NCBI GenBank assembly: GCA_951406725.2
Contig: OX597820.1
Coordinates: forward strand, 55,738,001-55,802,000
Source: Octopus vulgaris
Lineage: Eukaryota
Reading direction: 5' to 3'
DNA length: 64,000 bases
Shown: in pieces, positions 43,801-57,983 of the stretch
How positions within the stretch are numbered: position 1 is the stretch's first letter
How the letters are laid out: each line of letters starts with the position of its first letter
The notes under the pieces: generated by a model
The model's input: only the letters and a program-made list of their open reading frames with translations
What the model was told of the DNA's origin: nothing
Databases searched by the model: none
Made by a program: the position numbers and the translations under genes

Positions 43801-46800
43801 CTGTACCTGGCTTTCGCTGACATGGAGAAAGCCTTTGACAGGATCCTCCAATCCCTTATCTGGTGGTCAATGAGGAAACTAGGGATGGATGAATGGTTAG
43901 TGAGAGCTCTGCAAGCCATGTACAGGGATGCTGTCAGTAAGCTGAGGGTTGGCAATGAGTACTGTGATGAATTCTGGGTAGGAGTCCACCAAGGATCAGT
44001 CCTTGGCCCCCTCTTATTCATCATAGTCCTCCAGGTAATAACAGAGGAATTCAAGACAGGATGCCTCTGGGAGCTCCACTATTCTGAACTAGAGGAAATG
44101 TTTCAGGTGTGGAAGCAGGGTTTAGAATTGAAGGGCCTTAGAGTCAACTTAGCTAAAACCAAAGTCCTAATAAGTAGGAAGGCAGACAAACCATAAATCC
44201 CTTCAGGTAGATGGCCCTGCTCGATCTGTAGAAAAGGCATAGGTAGAAACTCCATAAGATGTACCCAGTGTAAGCTATGGACACATAAGAGGTGCAGCAA
44301 TATCAAAGGAAGGCTTACTGGGAAGATAGTTTTTGTCTATGGCAAATGCTCAGGTGCTATAAACACTGAAAATGTGCAGAGAACAGCTTCTGTCACATTC
44401 TAAGGAGAAAAACTACGAGTAGTTGATAGCTTCCATTACCTAGGTGACCAAGTCAGTAGCGGGGGTGGGTGCACTGAAAGTGTAGCTGCTAGAATAAGAA
44501 TAGACTGGGCAAAGTTCAGAGAGCTAGTGACAAAGGGCCTCTTGCTCAGAGTAAATGGTAGACTGTATGACACATATGTACGAACAGCCATGCTACATGG
44601 CAGTGAAACATGGATCATGACTGCTGAGGACATGTGTAAGCTTGCAAGGAATGAAGCCAGTATGCTCCACTGGCTGTGTATAATGTTAGTGTGCATACAT
44701 GACAGTGTAAGTGCCCTGAGAGAAAAGTTGGATTTAAGAAGTATCAGAAGAGAGATGACTGCGCTGGTATGGTCATGTGTTGCGAATGAATGAGGACAGC
44801 TGCGTAAAAATGTGTCACGCCCTAGCAGTTGAGGGAACCTGTGGAAGAGGTAGACCCAGGAAAACCTGGGATGTGGTGGTGAAGCACAACCTTTAAACAT
44901 TGGGCCTTATTGGGCAATGACTAGTGACTGAGACCTTTGGAGATATGCTCTGGTTGAGAAGACCTGACAAGCCAAATGAGACCATAACCCGTGGCCTATG
45001 TCAGTGGTTGTAAGCAGCCCACTTATGACTACCCCTCATTCATTGAACAGTAAACTTTGCTTGTGAAGACCTGTTGAGGCAAGTGAAATCAAAATCAAAA
45101 TCACTGACGTGGCCGATGACAGTGGGCTTCCATTTAGTTTCTGTGTACCCACTATTGCTCACAAGGCTTGAATCCACCTGAGTCTATAATATAACTCACT
45201 TTCCCAAGTCGCATTGTAGAAAGAACCCTGTTCTTATGATTATGAACTAATTTTTTTTCTTTTTTTTACTTCTATGTTACATCTGCATAAAGCAATATAT
45301 CTACCCCAACACGTTTTGCCCAACATTCTAGTGATTCTATGAGGAACTGTAAGGATATAATAATAATAATGAAATTATTGTATACAGTGCTCAGGTGCAC
45401 CCACAACTTATCAAAAAGTGCACATAAAGCATATGTAGTAATGTACAAATGTCTGGAAAGTGAACAGTATATGAGTCAGATACATGCTTGCATGTGTATG
45501 GAGGGGAGAAAATCAGGTGTAGTGTTGGCGAATCTCAGGAAGCATGAAAGTTTTGAAGGATGCAGTGCTCCGACAACTAACAACTGATGCCAACAGTCTG
45601 TTCTATGCTTCAGCAACACTCAGCGTGAAAAAATGTTTCCGAAAGTCATGGGAGCTGTGTTGTTTTCTGACTTTGTAAACATGTCCACGGGTGTTAGACA
45701 GGTAGAGTTTGAAAAGATGCTCAGAATTATTGTTTGTAAGATGGTTATATATAAAGGGACGTAGCAAAAAGGGAACCAAGAACATAAAAGGATGGAGTGT
45801 TAAATGTCATACCAAATTCTGTTTGCCGCTATACTGAATCCTCTGATAGATTTCCTTATTGAAGCTTAATAATAAATTTTTTCTCTTTCTCTTCTATTTC
45901 TGCTCGGTACATCATTGCAACTATTACATTAAACAACTTTGCTATTTACTACCAAAGACAAAGTTTAACTGACACGATAAGGTCAAAAGAAAAGACATTG
46001 TCTGCTGATGTATGGCTTCGTTCAAATGTACAAGGGGTAAGTTATTTTCTGATGATAAATACCACAGTTAAGCTTTCCATGATGTATCTCCTTTAAGTAT
46101 GGTACGCAGATTGTTATTTTAAACTAATGCTGTTTTTGTTGCACGAAGCGAATACATATAATTGTATGTTTTTATACGGTACTATTAGTTTCATGTGGTG
46201 AAAACATACCAGACAGTATTTTTTAATACGTCTGGTGTCTCAGTGGAGTCTTCAGGCACTGCCCACATAACACAACAACACATGGTATGTGGGCAGTGTG
46301 TGAAGATTGTGCTGAGACACCAGACATGTTAAAAAATACTGTCTGGCATACTTTTATCACATGAAACTAATAATAGCACATAAAAACATACATTATATTT
46401 GTTAAACAATATTTGTCTCTCACCAGATGGAGCACATTGTTTGTTGATCTTAGCATCATCGAACTGTACACTGTATATATACATATAAACTATATATTGC
46501 TCTGTATCTATGTGTTAGTTTCTTTGTATATATCTATGTATCTCTCTTTATTCTACCCCATCATTTTTCCCCTAACTTATTTTCCATTTATCTCTGTATT
46601 TCAGTCATGGAGTCGGTTCAAGAGACGTCTCAGGAACATGTCCTACTACATAGGTCTATGGCAATCAGCCATAAAGAAAATTGAGGGACTCTTTGGAAGC
46701 AGTGTCACCTCTTACTTCCTGTTTCTCAAGTGGCTGTTCCTCTTGAATATTTTTACCTTCTTTTTAATGTTCTGTTTCCAAGTTCTTCCACAGTTGCTCT

Positions 46801-47465
46801 ACCGATTTCTACAAATGACACCCAGTGGATACAAAAACAACAGTGAATTTGAAGCCGTAAACATATTTAATGGCAAGGTGAGATAGATATGTGTGTGTGT
46901 GTGTGTGTGTGTGTGCGTGCATGTTTGTGTACACATGTATTTTCAATAGTGTATGTATCCCTATAAATATCTCTGTGTGTGTGTGTGTTTGTACATATCA
47001 AGTGGCTAGCAGAAAACTTGTATATATATATATATATCTGTTATATATATATATATATATAAATTATATTAGAGATAAAACCACTATTAGGCAAATCAAA
47101 CAGTGAAAAACATAAACCAAAACATAAAAATAAATATAATTAATATAATATACAAAATATATAAAATATAAAATTTTAATTAAATTATTTAAATTTTAAA
47201 TTTTTATATTATAAATTTTATATAAAATTTAAAAATAAAAGAATTAAAAAATTTATAAATATAAATTAAAAATTTTTAATTTAAATTTATGTTTTATATA
47301 TTTTGTATATTATATTAATTATATTTATTTTTATGTTTTGGTTTATGTTTTTCACTGTTTGATTTGCCTAATAGTGGTTTTATCTCTAATATAATTTATA
47401 TATATACTGTGAAATTTGATTTAATCCTAAATCTAATTTTTCCCTGTAAGTTTGGATTTACTCCC

Positions 47466-47497
<32 letters not shown>

Positions 47498-47847
47498 ATT
47501 ATATAGCAGTTTTCTGCTAGCCACTTGATATGTACACACACACACATATTTATAGGGATACACACACTATTGAAAATATATGTGTACACAAACATGCACA
47601 AACACACACATGCACATGTGCATGCATATATATATATATGCATATATACATATAGAAAAATGGAACCCAGTATTTCAAAAACAACTTCAAATCTTGTATT
47701 AAGAAAGCCATCCAGCCATAAAAACCATACCAAAACAGATACAGTAGCCTGGAGTAGTTGTCTACCTGGCTGGCCCCTGTCAAACTGTGCAACCCATGCC
47801 AGCATGGAAAACAGATGTTAAATGATGGTGATGATAATGTTACATAT

Positions 47848-47909
<62 letters not shown>

Positions 47910-48277
47910 GTATATATTTATATATATATATATTTCACAGACAAGAAAGTAAATTTTGAATGCAGTATATCTGTGAAAACAGCTGAGAAAGATTAGGTAT
48001 TTTCACTTAAAAGTTGCCAAGCGGCAGCTACGGGGAGTGGAACTGTACTCCTGAGATATTGGCTTGAGTGCTCTAAACCATTAAGCTAAATGACCTAACA
48101 ACAATTACTCTCAGTTTTAATACTCAATAATAGCTTTATGAATGTGAGAAACACATACATACATGCGTATATGTGTGTGTGTGTATATATATATATACTC
48201 TTGTTTCAGTCATGGTGGAGCACCGCCTTTAGTCGAGCAATGTTGGGGCGACAAGCACAGACACACAAACATATACA

Positions 48278-48359
<82 letters not shown>

Positions 48360-51300
48360 GTGAATTGAAGAAATGGAGTTGAACGAAGATTGAACAGAAA
48401 TCGTTTTATTGCATTCTACACGTGTTTCGAAAGCCACAATTTACCAAATTCCGATTGAATAAGGAGACCATATTGTGTCTTTCTCTTCAGGAAGAAATAG
48501 GAAATCCGTTGGCAAAAACAAAAACAGAACAGAGGCGCAGCAAAACAAATCGAACGAGGCTTTTGTTTTGCTGCGCCTCTGTTCTGTTTTTGTTTTTGCT
48601 GATTTCCTATTTCTTCCTGAAGAGAAAGACACAATATGGTCTCCTTATTCAATCGAATTTGGTAAATTGTGGCTTTCAAACACGTGTAGAATGCAATAAA
48701 ACGATTTCTGTTCAATCTTCGTTCAACTCCATTTCTTTAATTCACTAATAATATTAAAATTCAATTATCTGCACCAACGCATGGTTGCAACACCATATGG
48801 TTGTACCTCCAACCGTGCTGTCTTCTGCTGTGATTTTTGCTACCAAGGTATCGGTTAAACCTTTGTTTAATCTGCAATAAGATTATTCATCTTTCTATTT
48901 CACAAAATATATATATATATATATATATACATACATACGACGGGCTTCTTTTAGTTTCCGTCTACCAAATCCACTCACAAGGCTTTCGTCGGCCCGAGGC
49001 TATAGCAGAAGACACTTGCCCAAGGTGCCATGCAGTGGGACTGAACCTGGAACCATGTGGTTCATAAGCAAGCTACTTACCACACATCCACTCCTATGCC
49101 TAGTGCATCTTTATATCCCTCTCTCTCAAATTCTCTCCCTCACTTTCTGTCTATGTTTCTATTACACAGGGCTGGATGGCTGATACAGAGTTGTTCTATG
49201 GTTTCTACACTAATGAGACTATTTTCATTTCTGATGCAACATACTTGATGCCGTATGCCTACTTCTACAGTGCCATCGTGAATTATTTATTAATCTTAGG
49301 CGCAATGTTTTACAGGTGACAAATCTTTTTTGATTTTATTTTCTGTTTATTCTCTGTCAAGAGTATATTTTACCTTTCATATAGTGTGTATATGTGTTTC
49401 TCTCTTTCTCTCTGTATGCATGCCTCTCTTTCTCTATGTATCTCTTTCTTTGTCTCTTACTTTTCCCCTTTTTGTGTCTGTTATCTTTGTCTACATTTTT
49501 TCTACCTTTATTTTTTCCTCTCAAATTATTAGAAATTATTAATATTACGGAGATGTACTTGTATAGCAATTGACCTGATCTGAGAGCGTTTACTAAAAAG
49601 AAAACAATTGCAGCGTGGATAAGCTATTTAAAAAACACAAAAACCATTAATATTAATTAAAGATAAAAGAGATCATTGTTTGTTCTGGTTCTTTGCTTTT
49701 TATGTTCAAATCTTGCCTGGATCATCTTTACTTTAATGATCCTGTGAAGATGAAAGGCAAAATACCAGTGAAGAACTGAGTTCAATTTTATCACTAACCT
49801 CTCCACCTGAGTATTTAGCCTTCACCACCACCACCACCACTACTACTACTACATTTAGTTGTAGCTCAGCCCTAATTTAGCTGTTATATAATTAAAGGCA
49901 TTCCAGCCTTAACCACCCAGTTTTATTTTTAGATATAATGTATTTAGGGCAATGTTTACCGATGCATCCTGTCTAGTTTAAGATGGTGTGATTTGAAAGA
50001 GATTTAACTGCTATTTTTAGCAGGTTCAGTAGCCACTTAAAGCCATTCTTCTTTGGCATAGAAGAGCATAGAACAAAATGCTTTGTGTTACCTTCCCACA
50101 TCGCCTTCCCTTCTTCTACAGGGAAGGTGATGATATCAGTTTTTTGAGGATGCAAAAAACATTGTGTTTGACTATCTTCAAAAGGGCCACACCATCAATG
50201 GTGAGTACCATGCCAACTTGCTGAGGCATTTAGAAAAGGATATCAAGACCAAAAACCCAAGAAAACTAATGAAAGGGATCTTGTTTCATCAGAACAATGC
50301 TCCAGCACATAAGTTCTTGATTTCAGTGGCTGCTCTGCTTGACTGTGACCTTCAACTAGTTGGTCAGCCTCCCTATTCTCCTGATATGGTCTCATCTGGC
50401 TATCATCTGTTCCCTAACATAAAAAGAAAACACTTGGTTGGGAACCAGTATCACAATGATGATGACATCATATCTGGTGTTGATGACTTTTTTGACCACT
50501 AGAAATGCCTACACATGAAATTAACATGCATGTGGCTGAGCACTCTACAAACATGCGTACCCTTAACATAGTTCTGAGAGAGGTTCAGCATGACTGGCCC
50601 TTTGAAATACAGCTACAACTCATTTTAGCTAGTTCAGTGAACTGGAGCAATGGAAAATAAAGCGTCTTGCTCAAGGACACAAAAGCACTGCCTGGAATCA
50701 AACTCACAACCTTATGATTGTGAGCTGAATACCCTAACCAGTTAGCCACGTGCCTTCCACAAATCAACATCTGCAAGAAAGACACAAGCAGAAAGAGAAT
50801 TCCAAAGGGCTGATGTTCTAGAAAGGAAAGATGTAGGATAGGATAAGGGTGGACACAACAAGGATGATGAGAGAGGGAGAGACAAGTGGGATGAAATACC
50901 CTGGTGGAGATGACATGATCTCTGCTAGCTCCAAGAAGTAGAGGTCATTAATAGTAGTGGTAGAAAAGGCAGAGAGAAGAGACAGCGTGCCTGTGGGCCG
51001 GAGGCTGGAGTTCCTCTAGAGAAACATATTAGGATTGATTCTATTGATTTTCTTTCTCTCCCCACTTCTCTCCTCCCTTCTTCTTACCTCTCCCTTCATC
51101 TCTCTCCCCACCTATCTCTCACCCTCCCTATCTAAATTCAGTAACTGTTGTTTGTTTTTTTTAATGGTTCAGTGAAGAAGGAACAGTTCCCATGACTCCC
51201 GAGACTGCTAAAACTAATATGGTTGCTCTGTAAATTGATGTCTGCTGTAAAAAAAGTTTTAAAAAATCAGAAACATGGGCTATGAAAGGAGAGAATCCAA

Positions 51301-54300
51301 AGAGTTCATGTCCTGGGAAAAGATGTTAGTGCAGAAATTTGTGTGTGTGTGGTGGGGTGTTATGAGATGAGTTGGGGCAGCTGTTTATACAAAGATGGTT
51401 TGACATAGCTGACAGAACATTCAGCCTGTTTTTGCAGCACTACTTTTTGGTGTTGGAAGCAAACACACAAACATACATGCACATATGCACAGGCATGCAC
51501 AAAAATATACACATACAGATAGAAAGAGTGAGAGAAAGAGGGAGAAATACATGATAGTTGCTAGAAAGACCTGAGCAAAAAGGGAATTCCAAAAGACTAA
51601 CGTTCTAGGAAGGAAAGCGTATGGATAGTGATTAGTGCAGAACCTGGGGTTGGCATGAGCACAACAAGGATGATGAGAGGTAGAGAGGCAAGTGAGAGGA
51701 AATACTCGAGTGAGTGAATTTGGTAGACAGAAACTGAACATGATTGACACAAGCATTTTCCCTTTCCTCTAGTGCGACTCGTGTATAGGCACTGTGGAAC
51801 TGCAGCACCCTCTATTTCCACTCAATATTATTAATAACATTCAATATAATGAGTCCTTTTTTTCTTTAATTCTTTCCTTATACTTGTACATTATATAATC
51901 CTTAAGCTTAATGTCAGTAGCCATCCCCTAGTTTATGAAAAAAAACAAAAATCCTTGTATAGAACTGTGCTTCATAGTTCCAGTGATGTGGTGTTTAGCT
52001 GTTGTGTGCATGCTCACATGTCCAAGATAGGAAACTTCACACTAGGGAGAGAGAGCACTGCATGCACAACAGTGCCGGGTGAAAGGTAGTTTCTTTTTGA
52101 CTCTGCATGTGTTATGCTTAAATACATGTTTATATTCTTGAATGTGATGAAGTGAAAAATGAAATTATTATCCTGCTTCTAGCTTTTGTGTTGCTGCCAA
52201 GATTTGAAAAATAGGGCACCCCCCCCCACCATTTATTTTGTGATTTAGGGGGGGGGGTTGAAAAACAAGGGGGAATTTTCTTGTGGTGTTCAGTGAACAA
52301 ATTAAACGTGGACCAATCAAGTTTATGTATAAATTTTCTTTTTATATGTTTGTTTCCTTTTACACAATATTAAAACAATGGCTAAAAATTTTCTGAAGCA
52401 GCACCCCCACTAATTTTATCTATGATCTGCCACTGCTTCCCTCATACACAAAAAAAAAAAAATGCCTACACACATAGAAGGAGAAAGAGAAAAGGAGAAA
52501 GGGGGAAGGAGAGAATGAGCAAACTATTAAAATGAGAGAAACGCTAAAACATCTTATGTCAAATAAGTCAGCAACACCAAATAAGCGACACGGAAATGGC
52601 TGTTAAAACGTTTCATAAACAATGTTGGCTGGCATTGTATGGAACTAGTTCAGAAGGTCCTTGTGCTGATGTTATATAATTGTTTTTATAACTGTCATTA
52701 CTAATGTTTATATCAAGTTACTATTGATATTGGTGTTGTTATTGTTCTTAGTATTGCTCGGTCATACAAGGAGAACTATATTGAAGCAACAACTGAAGAC
52801 AATTTTTACTTTGTTACAAAGATGTTCACAATATGGGACTATAGTGTAATATCGAGAGATGCTGCAGCCCTGCGGCACAGGAGCATCCATAATGAAATCA
52901 AGGTAAGTTTGGTCTACCTGTATATATGTATTATTGAATGGACATGTATATGCATACAAGTACGTGTATACGCACACACATGAGTGTGTGAACATATCAA
53001 TCTGTGCAGTATGAATGAATACTCGTGTGCAGGTGTATCTCTGATTGGGTGTTTATGTGTGTGTACATAATTTTCATGTGAATGCCTATATGATTATAAA
53101 TTGTACTTGTGTGTATGATGTATATAGAGGTGTGTGTGTATGTTGTACATAGGCATAGAATTTATGCTTATGGATATTCAACTGAAGTACATGCATACAC
53201 ACTTCATGATATTTACACACAAGACCGTCCAGGTGTGGCTGTGTGGTTAAGAGGTTTCCTTCCCAACTACATGATTCTGGGTTCAACCCCACTGTGTGAC
53301 ACCTTGGGCAAGTTTTTTTCTACTGTAGCCCTGAGCCAAACAAAGCCTTGTGAGTGAATTTGGTAGACAGAAACTCTCAGAAGTCATCAGACTTTGGAAG
53401 ACAGAAACTGTCAGAAGGTGGCGAGCTGGCAGAAACGCTAGCATACCAGGCGAAATGCTTAGTGGTATTTCGTTTGCTGTTACGTTCTGAGTTCAAATTC
53501 CGCCGAGGTCGACTTTGCCTTTCATCCTTTCGGGGTCGATAAATTAAGTACCAGTTACACACTGGGGTCGATCTAATTGACTTAATCCGTTTGTCTGTCC
53601 TTGTTTGTCCCCTCTGTGTTTAGCTCCTTGTGGGCAATAAAGAAATAAGAAACTGTCAGAAGTCATCCCTCTCCCTATTTTTAAGAGGTGATGGGCCAAC
53701 AGGTTTTTGGAATCTGATGATTTGTCATAAAGCTAAACCCTTTATGGACAGGAAACCTAAGGTAATCCCATAAACCAGCCTTCCCAATTTTTAATACATA
53801 TTGCTCTACATCTTAGAGTGTGTTTCCTCTTTCAGATTTATGTTTTTTACAGACAATATATGTGTGTGTGTGTGTGTGAATGCCTATATATCATCATCAT
53901 CATCATCATCATCATTGTTTAACGTCCTCTTTCCATGCTGGTAAGGGTTGGATGGTTTGACATGGAGCTGGTTAGCAGGGAGCTGTCTATTGTGGCATGG
54001 TTTCTATGACTGGATATCCTTTACATAGCACTGGCACGGGTGCATTAATGTAGCATCGGCACGGATGCTTTTTAAGTGGCACCAGCACTTGAAGGATCAG
54101 CCTGTATGTGTGCAAAACAGTAATTTTACTTAGCTTGATATGTGTTATTAAGTACAGCGAATTGCTACATTTCCCAGCCCCTTCACATGCACAAGCAGGC
54201 AAGCCCTAATTCACCAAGAGTTGCATACCCTTAGAAATAAGAAATAAGAGTTACATACCCTTAGCACTTACTATAGTTCAATACAGATACATCATGACCT

Positions 54301-57300
54301 ACATTGTAACCCTATAATTTGAGGCACTTGCATGTTGACTTATAATACTAGAAAAAATTTGTTTACACATTATCCAAACATGATCGATACCAGGGCTGCC
54401 TGACTGGCTCCCATACCAGTGGTATGTAAAAAGCACCATCCGAACGTGGCCAATACCAGTGCCCTCTGACTGGCTCCCATGCCGGTGGCATGTAAAAAGT
54501 GCTATCTGAACGTGATTGATGCCAGGGCCACCTGACAGGCTTCTCTGCCGGTGGCACATAAAAAGTACCTTCCAAACGTGGCCAATGCCAATGCCCCTGA
54601 CTAGTTCCTGTGCTAGTGGCACATAAAAAACACTATCCAAACATAATCAATGCCAGGGCTACCTGACTGGCTCCTGTGCCTGTGGCATGTATAAAGCACC
54701 CACTATACTCTTGGAGTTGTTGGCATTAGGAAGGGCGTCCATCTGTAGAAACATTGCCAGATCAGATTAGAGTCTGGTGCAGCTGCTGGCTCTCCAGACA
54801 TCAGTCAAACCCTCCAACCCATGCCAGCATGGTAAACAGACATCATGATGATGATGATGATGTGTGGACCTACACTACCATTTAACTATAATATTGATTC
54901 TTCATCTTATAAATGAATGAATTACAACAGACCAATAAAAATTCAAGACAGGATCATTGAAAGTTCTTGAATGAACCAGAAAGAACCAAATTTTGGGAAA
55001 AGATAATTCACTGAATTTTTTTTCTACTTTGCAGGAATATCTCTCTGAGTTCAAAGATTCCAAGAAGGAGAAGGATTTTGATCTTAAAATGAAAATTTTC
55101 CTTTTACGGCTGTTAAGTCATATTCTAGTTTTGGGCTTGATCAGTGGCTGTGGATATGTTGTCTATTATCTCTCTACATTTCTAAAAGATAAAGTAAGTT
55201 GTTAGTTTTACAAACTTACATCTTATAATATGAACTTTCACTTCATTACAACTACTCTTCATTTTCTGCTTGTTTTGTAGTCTAATAATAACACATTAAT
55301 TATTGTTTAACATATCTCCTCACCCAGTTAACTTTATCCTTTTATTCTAGTCTAGGAAGGATAAAAGAGAAAAAAACACTGTAGCCTCTCCCACCTCCTC
55401 ATAGTAACTAAAACTGCTTCAGGGACCCCAACCTGCTAGAAATAGCAATTAAATCTTTCTCATTTTTTTTATATATTTTTGTTATATATTTTTTTTATAT
55501 ATTTTTGTCAAAAAAAAGTTGGGGAGGACACATTGGATAATGTAGTCCTAGGAACACTGGATAAATGATAGTCAACACTGGACTACCTTTGATCATAAGT
55601 CTGCTGGATCAAGGCTAAACAATCAGCACCATATTATTCCTTAATTCTCTGCTTAACCCTTTAATATCTAAACCAGCCATATCCAGCCCAAATATTCTGC
55701 TTGTCTTATATTGAAACTAGCCTGATTCTACCTTTCACACATACCCGGCAATGTCATTCTAAAAATAAACAATCATGCTGTTGAAATCTTGAAACAATGA
55801 GATTATGCATAATCAATTCAAAGCAACGTGAATGAATTACATTTGACTAAATAATCTGAATGCTAAAGTGTTAACCTTCATCTTGATAATTCTTTTAAAA
55901 TTTCATTCTGTTCTTATTCCTTGCATTTTCTATTGTTATTCATCTATCAGTTTATCTGTTTTAACTTGTCCAGACTTCAAATGAAATCCTGCAGGATTTT
56001 GGTGTGCCTGTATTGATGTCAGCTTCAAATCTTCTTTTACCTTTAATTTTTACGGCTATAACCCACTTAGAGTCCTATGAACTCCCACAGACCAATTTGT
56101 ATGTGACAATGGTGAGGTAAGAGAAATGAATTTTCTTCCTCAGTTCTGTTTTTTTTTCTTTTTTTTTTGTTCCAGTTGTCCCACTTTATGGTGATTTTGT
56201 ATTGGATTGTGTTATGTTTTAATACAGAATTATCAACTTACTTGAATGCCAACTAACCAAAAATGGAGTGAATATGTGAGCAATATATACTCAAAAATAC
56301 ATGCTGATTAAAACAGAACCCAAAAATTCACATGCAACACAAAGCAGAACTGTTATTTGTACCAATTAACAAAATTCAAATACATTTGCAAAAATCACCA
56401 AACTCAGTTCGATATGTAGTCAGAACTGAATTAGAGCAATAAAACAGTTTGAAACCTTATCACTGAGTCTAGTGACTGATGAAAATTGAGTTAAGTTTAT
56501 GTGCTGTACATTAGCTCACTCCCTCCATCAAATCAATTTTGCCTGAACAGGTGCACCTTGTACTATGTATCAGGTATCAAGGCAGCGAGCTGGCAGAAAC
56601 GTTAGCACGCCGGGCAAAATGCATAGCTGCATTTCGTCTGTCGTTACGTTGTGAGTTCAAATTCCGCCGAGGTCAACTTTGCCTTTCATCCTTTCGGGGT
56701 CGATAAATTAAGTACCAGTTACACACTGGGGTCGATGTAATCGTCTTAATCCGTTTGTCTGTCCTTGTTTGTCCCCTCTATGTTTAGCCCCTTGTGGGCA
56801 ATAAAGAAATAGGTATCGAGGTGTATGCAGAGCAACACATGAAGTGATTTGCTCAAGAACACAATGCACCACCCGGTCTAGAAATTGAAATCACGATCTC
56901 ACGATCATGAGTACAACACACTAACCACAGGGCCATGCCTCCTCAAATGATGATATTAATAATAATAATAATAATGATAATAAATGCCCTGATGCAGTAC
57001 CAGACAGTGGCTCTCGTGGCTTCTGATCTTAACTGATTGGAAGTGTTATAATATACATTGTTTTGTCTTGGTATAAAAGATGGGCTACAGCAAATATTCT
57101 GCTCAATACCACAGATTTGCTTGTCAGTTGTTTGACCTTAACCAGTTGAGCATGTCCCTTAGTGACTGACAATATGTGCATCTCTGATCATGAACAGAAG
57201 TAGTGGGGTAATATCATAGCTGTGTGTTGAAAGGAATTCTTAGAGGTTTGGATAATTCACCTTTGTAAACATGGGTAGTTCATTAAACATCCTTAAACAA

Positions 57301-57923
57301 TCCTTGTTCAGGGACCTTTTCAGTGGGATGGGTTACTCGACCAGAAGAAAATTCTAACTGAGCCCCACCTGCAAGGTCATGTGCTGTTTATCTCAATATG
57401 AGATCACCATGTCGCGCACATATAGTTGTGATGCATGTGCCTGGTGTACCCTTATCAGATGGGTAGTCATGATGGGTATACTGGGCTTCGTATATTTTAC
57501 CCCAGTGTCACTTTGATGGTATGCACTACTCTCTCACTTGATATTAATAATAATAATAATAATGTGGTGTGTGTACCCTTATCAAATAGTATTCATGTCG
57601 GATTGGAAAAGATGAGAAAATGGTATAAATATGTGCCAAAAAGTGTGGTAGAAAATGACGGAGTTCACAATTCATTGTGTTCATGGAATTGAGCACTGAA
57701 AACCCAATATTATACTGGTAGACAGGAAAGAAAAATTATGCCTGACCATAGACATTGTTTTCTAGCATGCTGGGCAAAATGCCTAGCAGCATTTTGTTTG
57801 CCTGCATGTTCTGAGTTCAAATTCTGCCAAGGTCGACTTTGCCTGTCATCCTTTCGGGGTCCATGTAATTGACTAGACCCCCCCCAAAAAAAAAATTCAG
57901 GCCTTGTGCCTTTAGCAGAAAGG

Positions 57924-57983
<60 letters not shown>

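Noticed and set aside
43399-44196. 265-aa RT ORF as an active retrotransposon gene
   Set aside because: The catalytic YADD segment is deleted and the flanking frames contain stops and frameshifts.
54375-54700. Regular 60-bp repeats superficially like a CRISPR array
   Set aside because: Whole units repeat with no unique spacers; they belong to the RTE-type 3' UTR family, and the context is eukaryotic with no cas genes.
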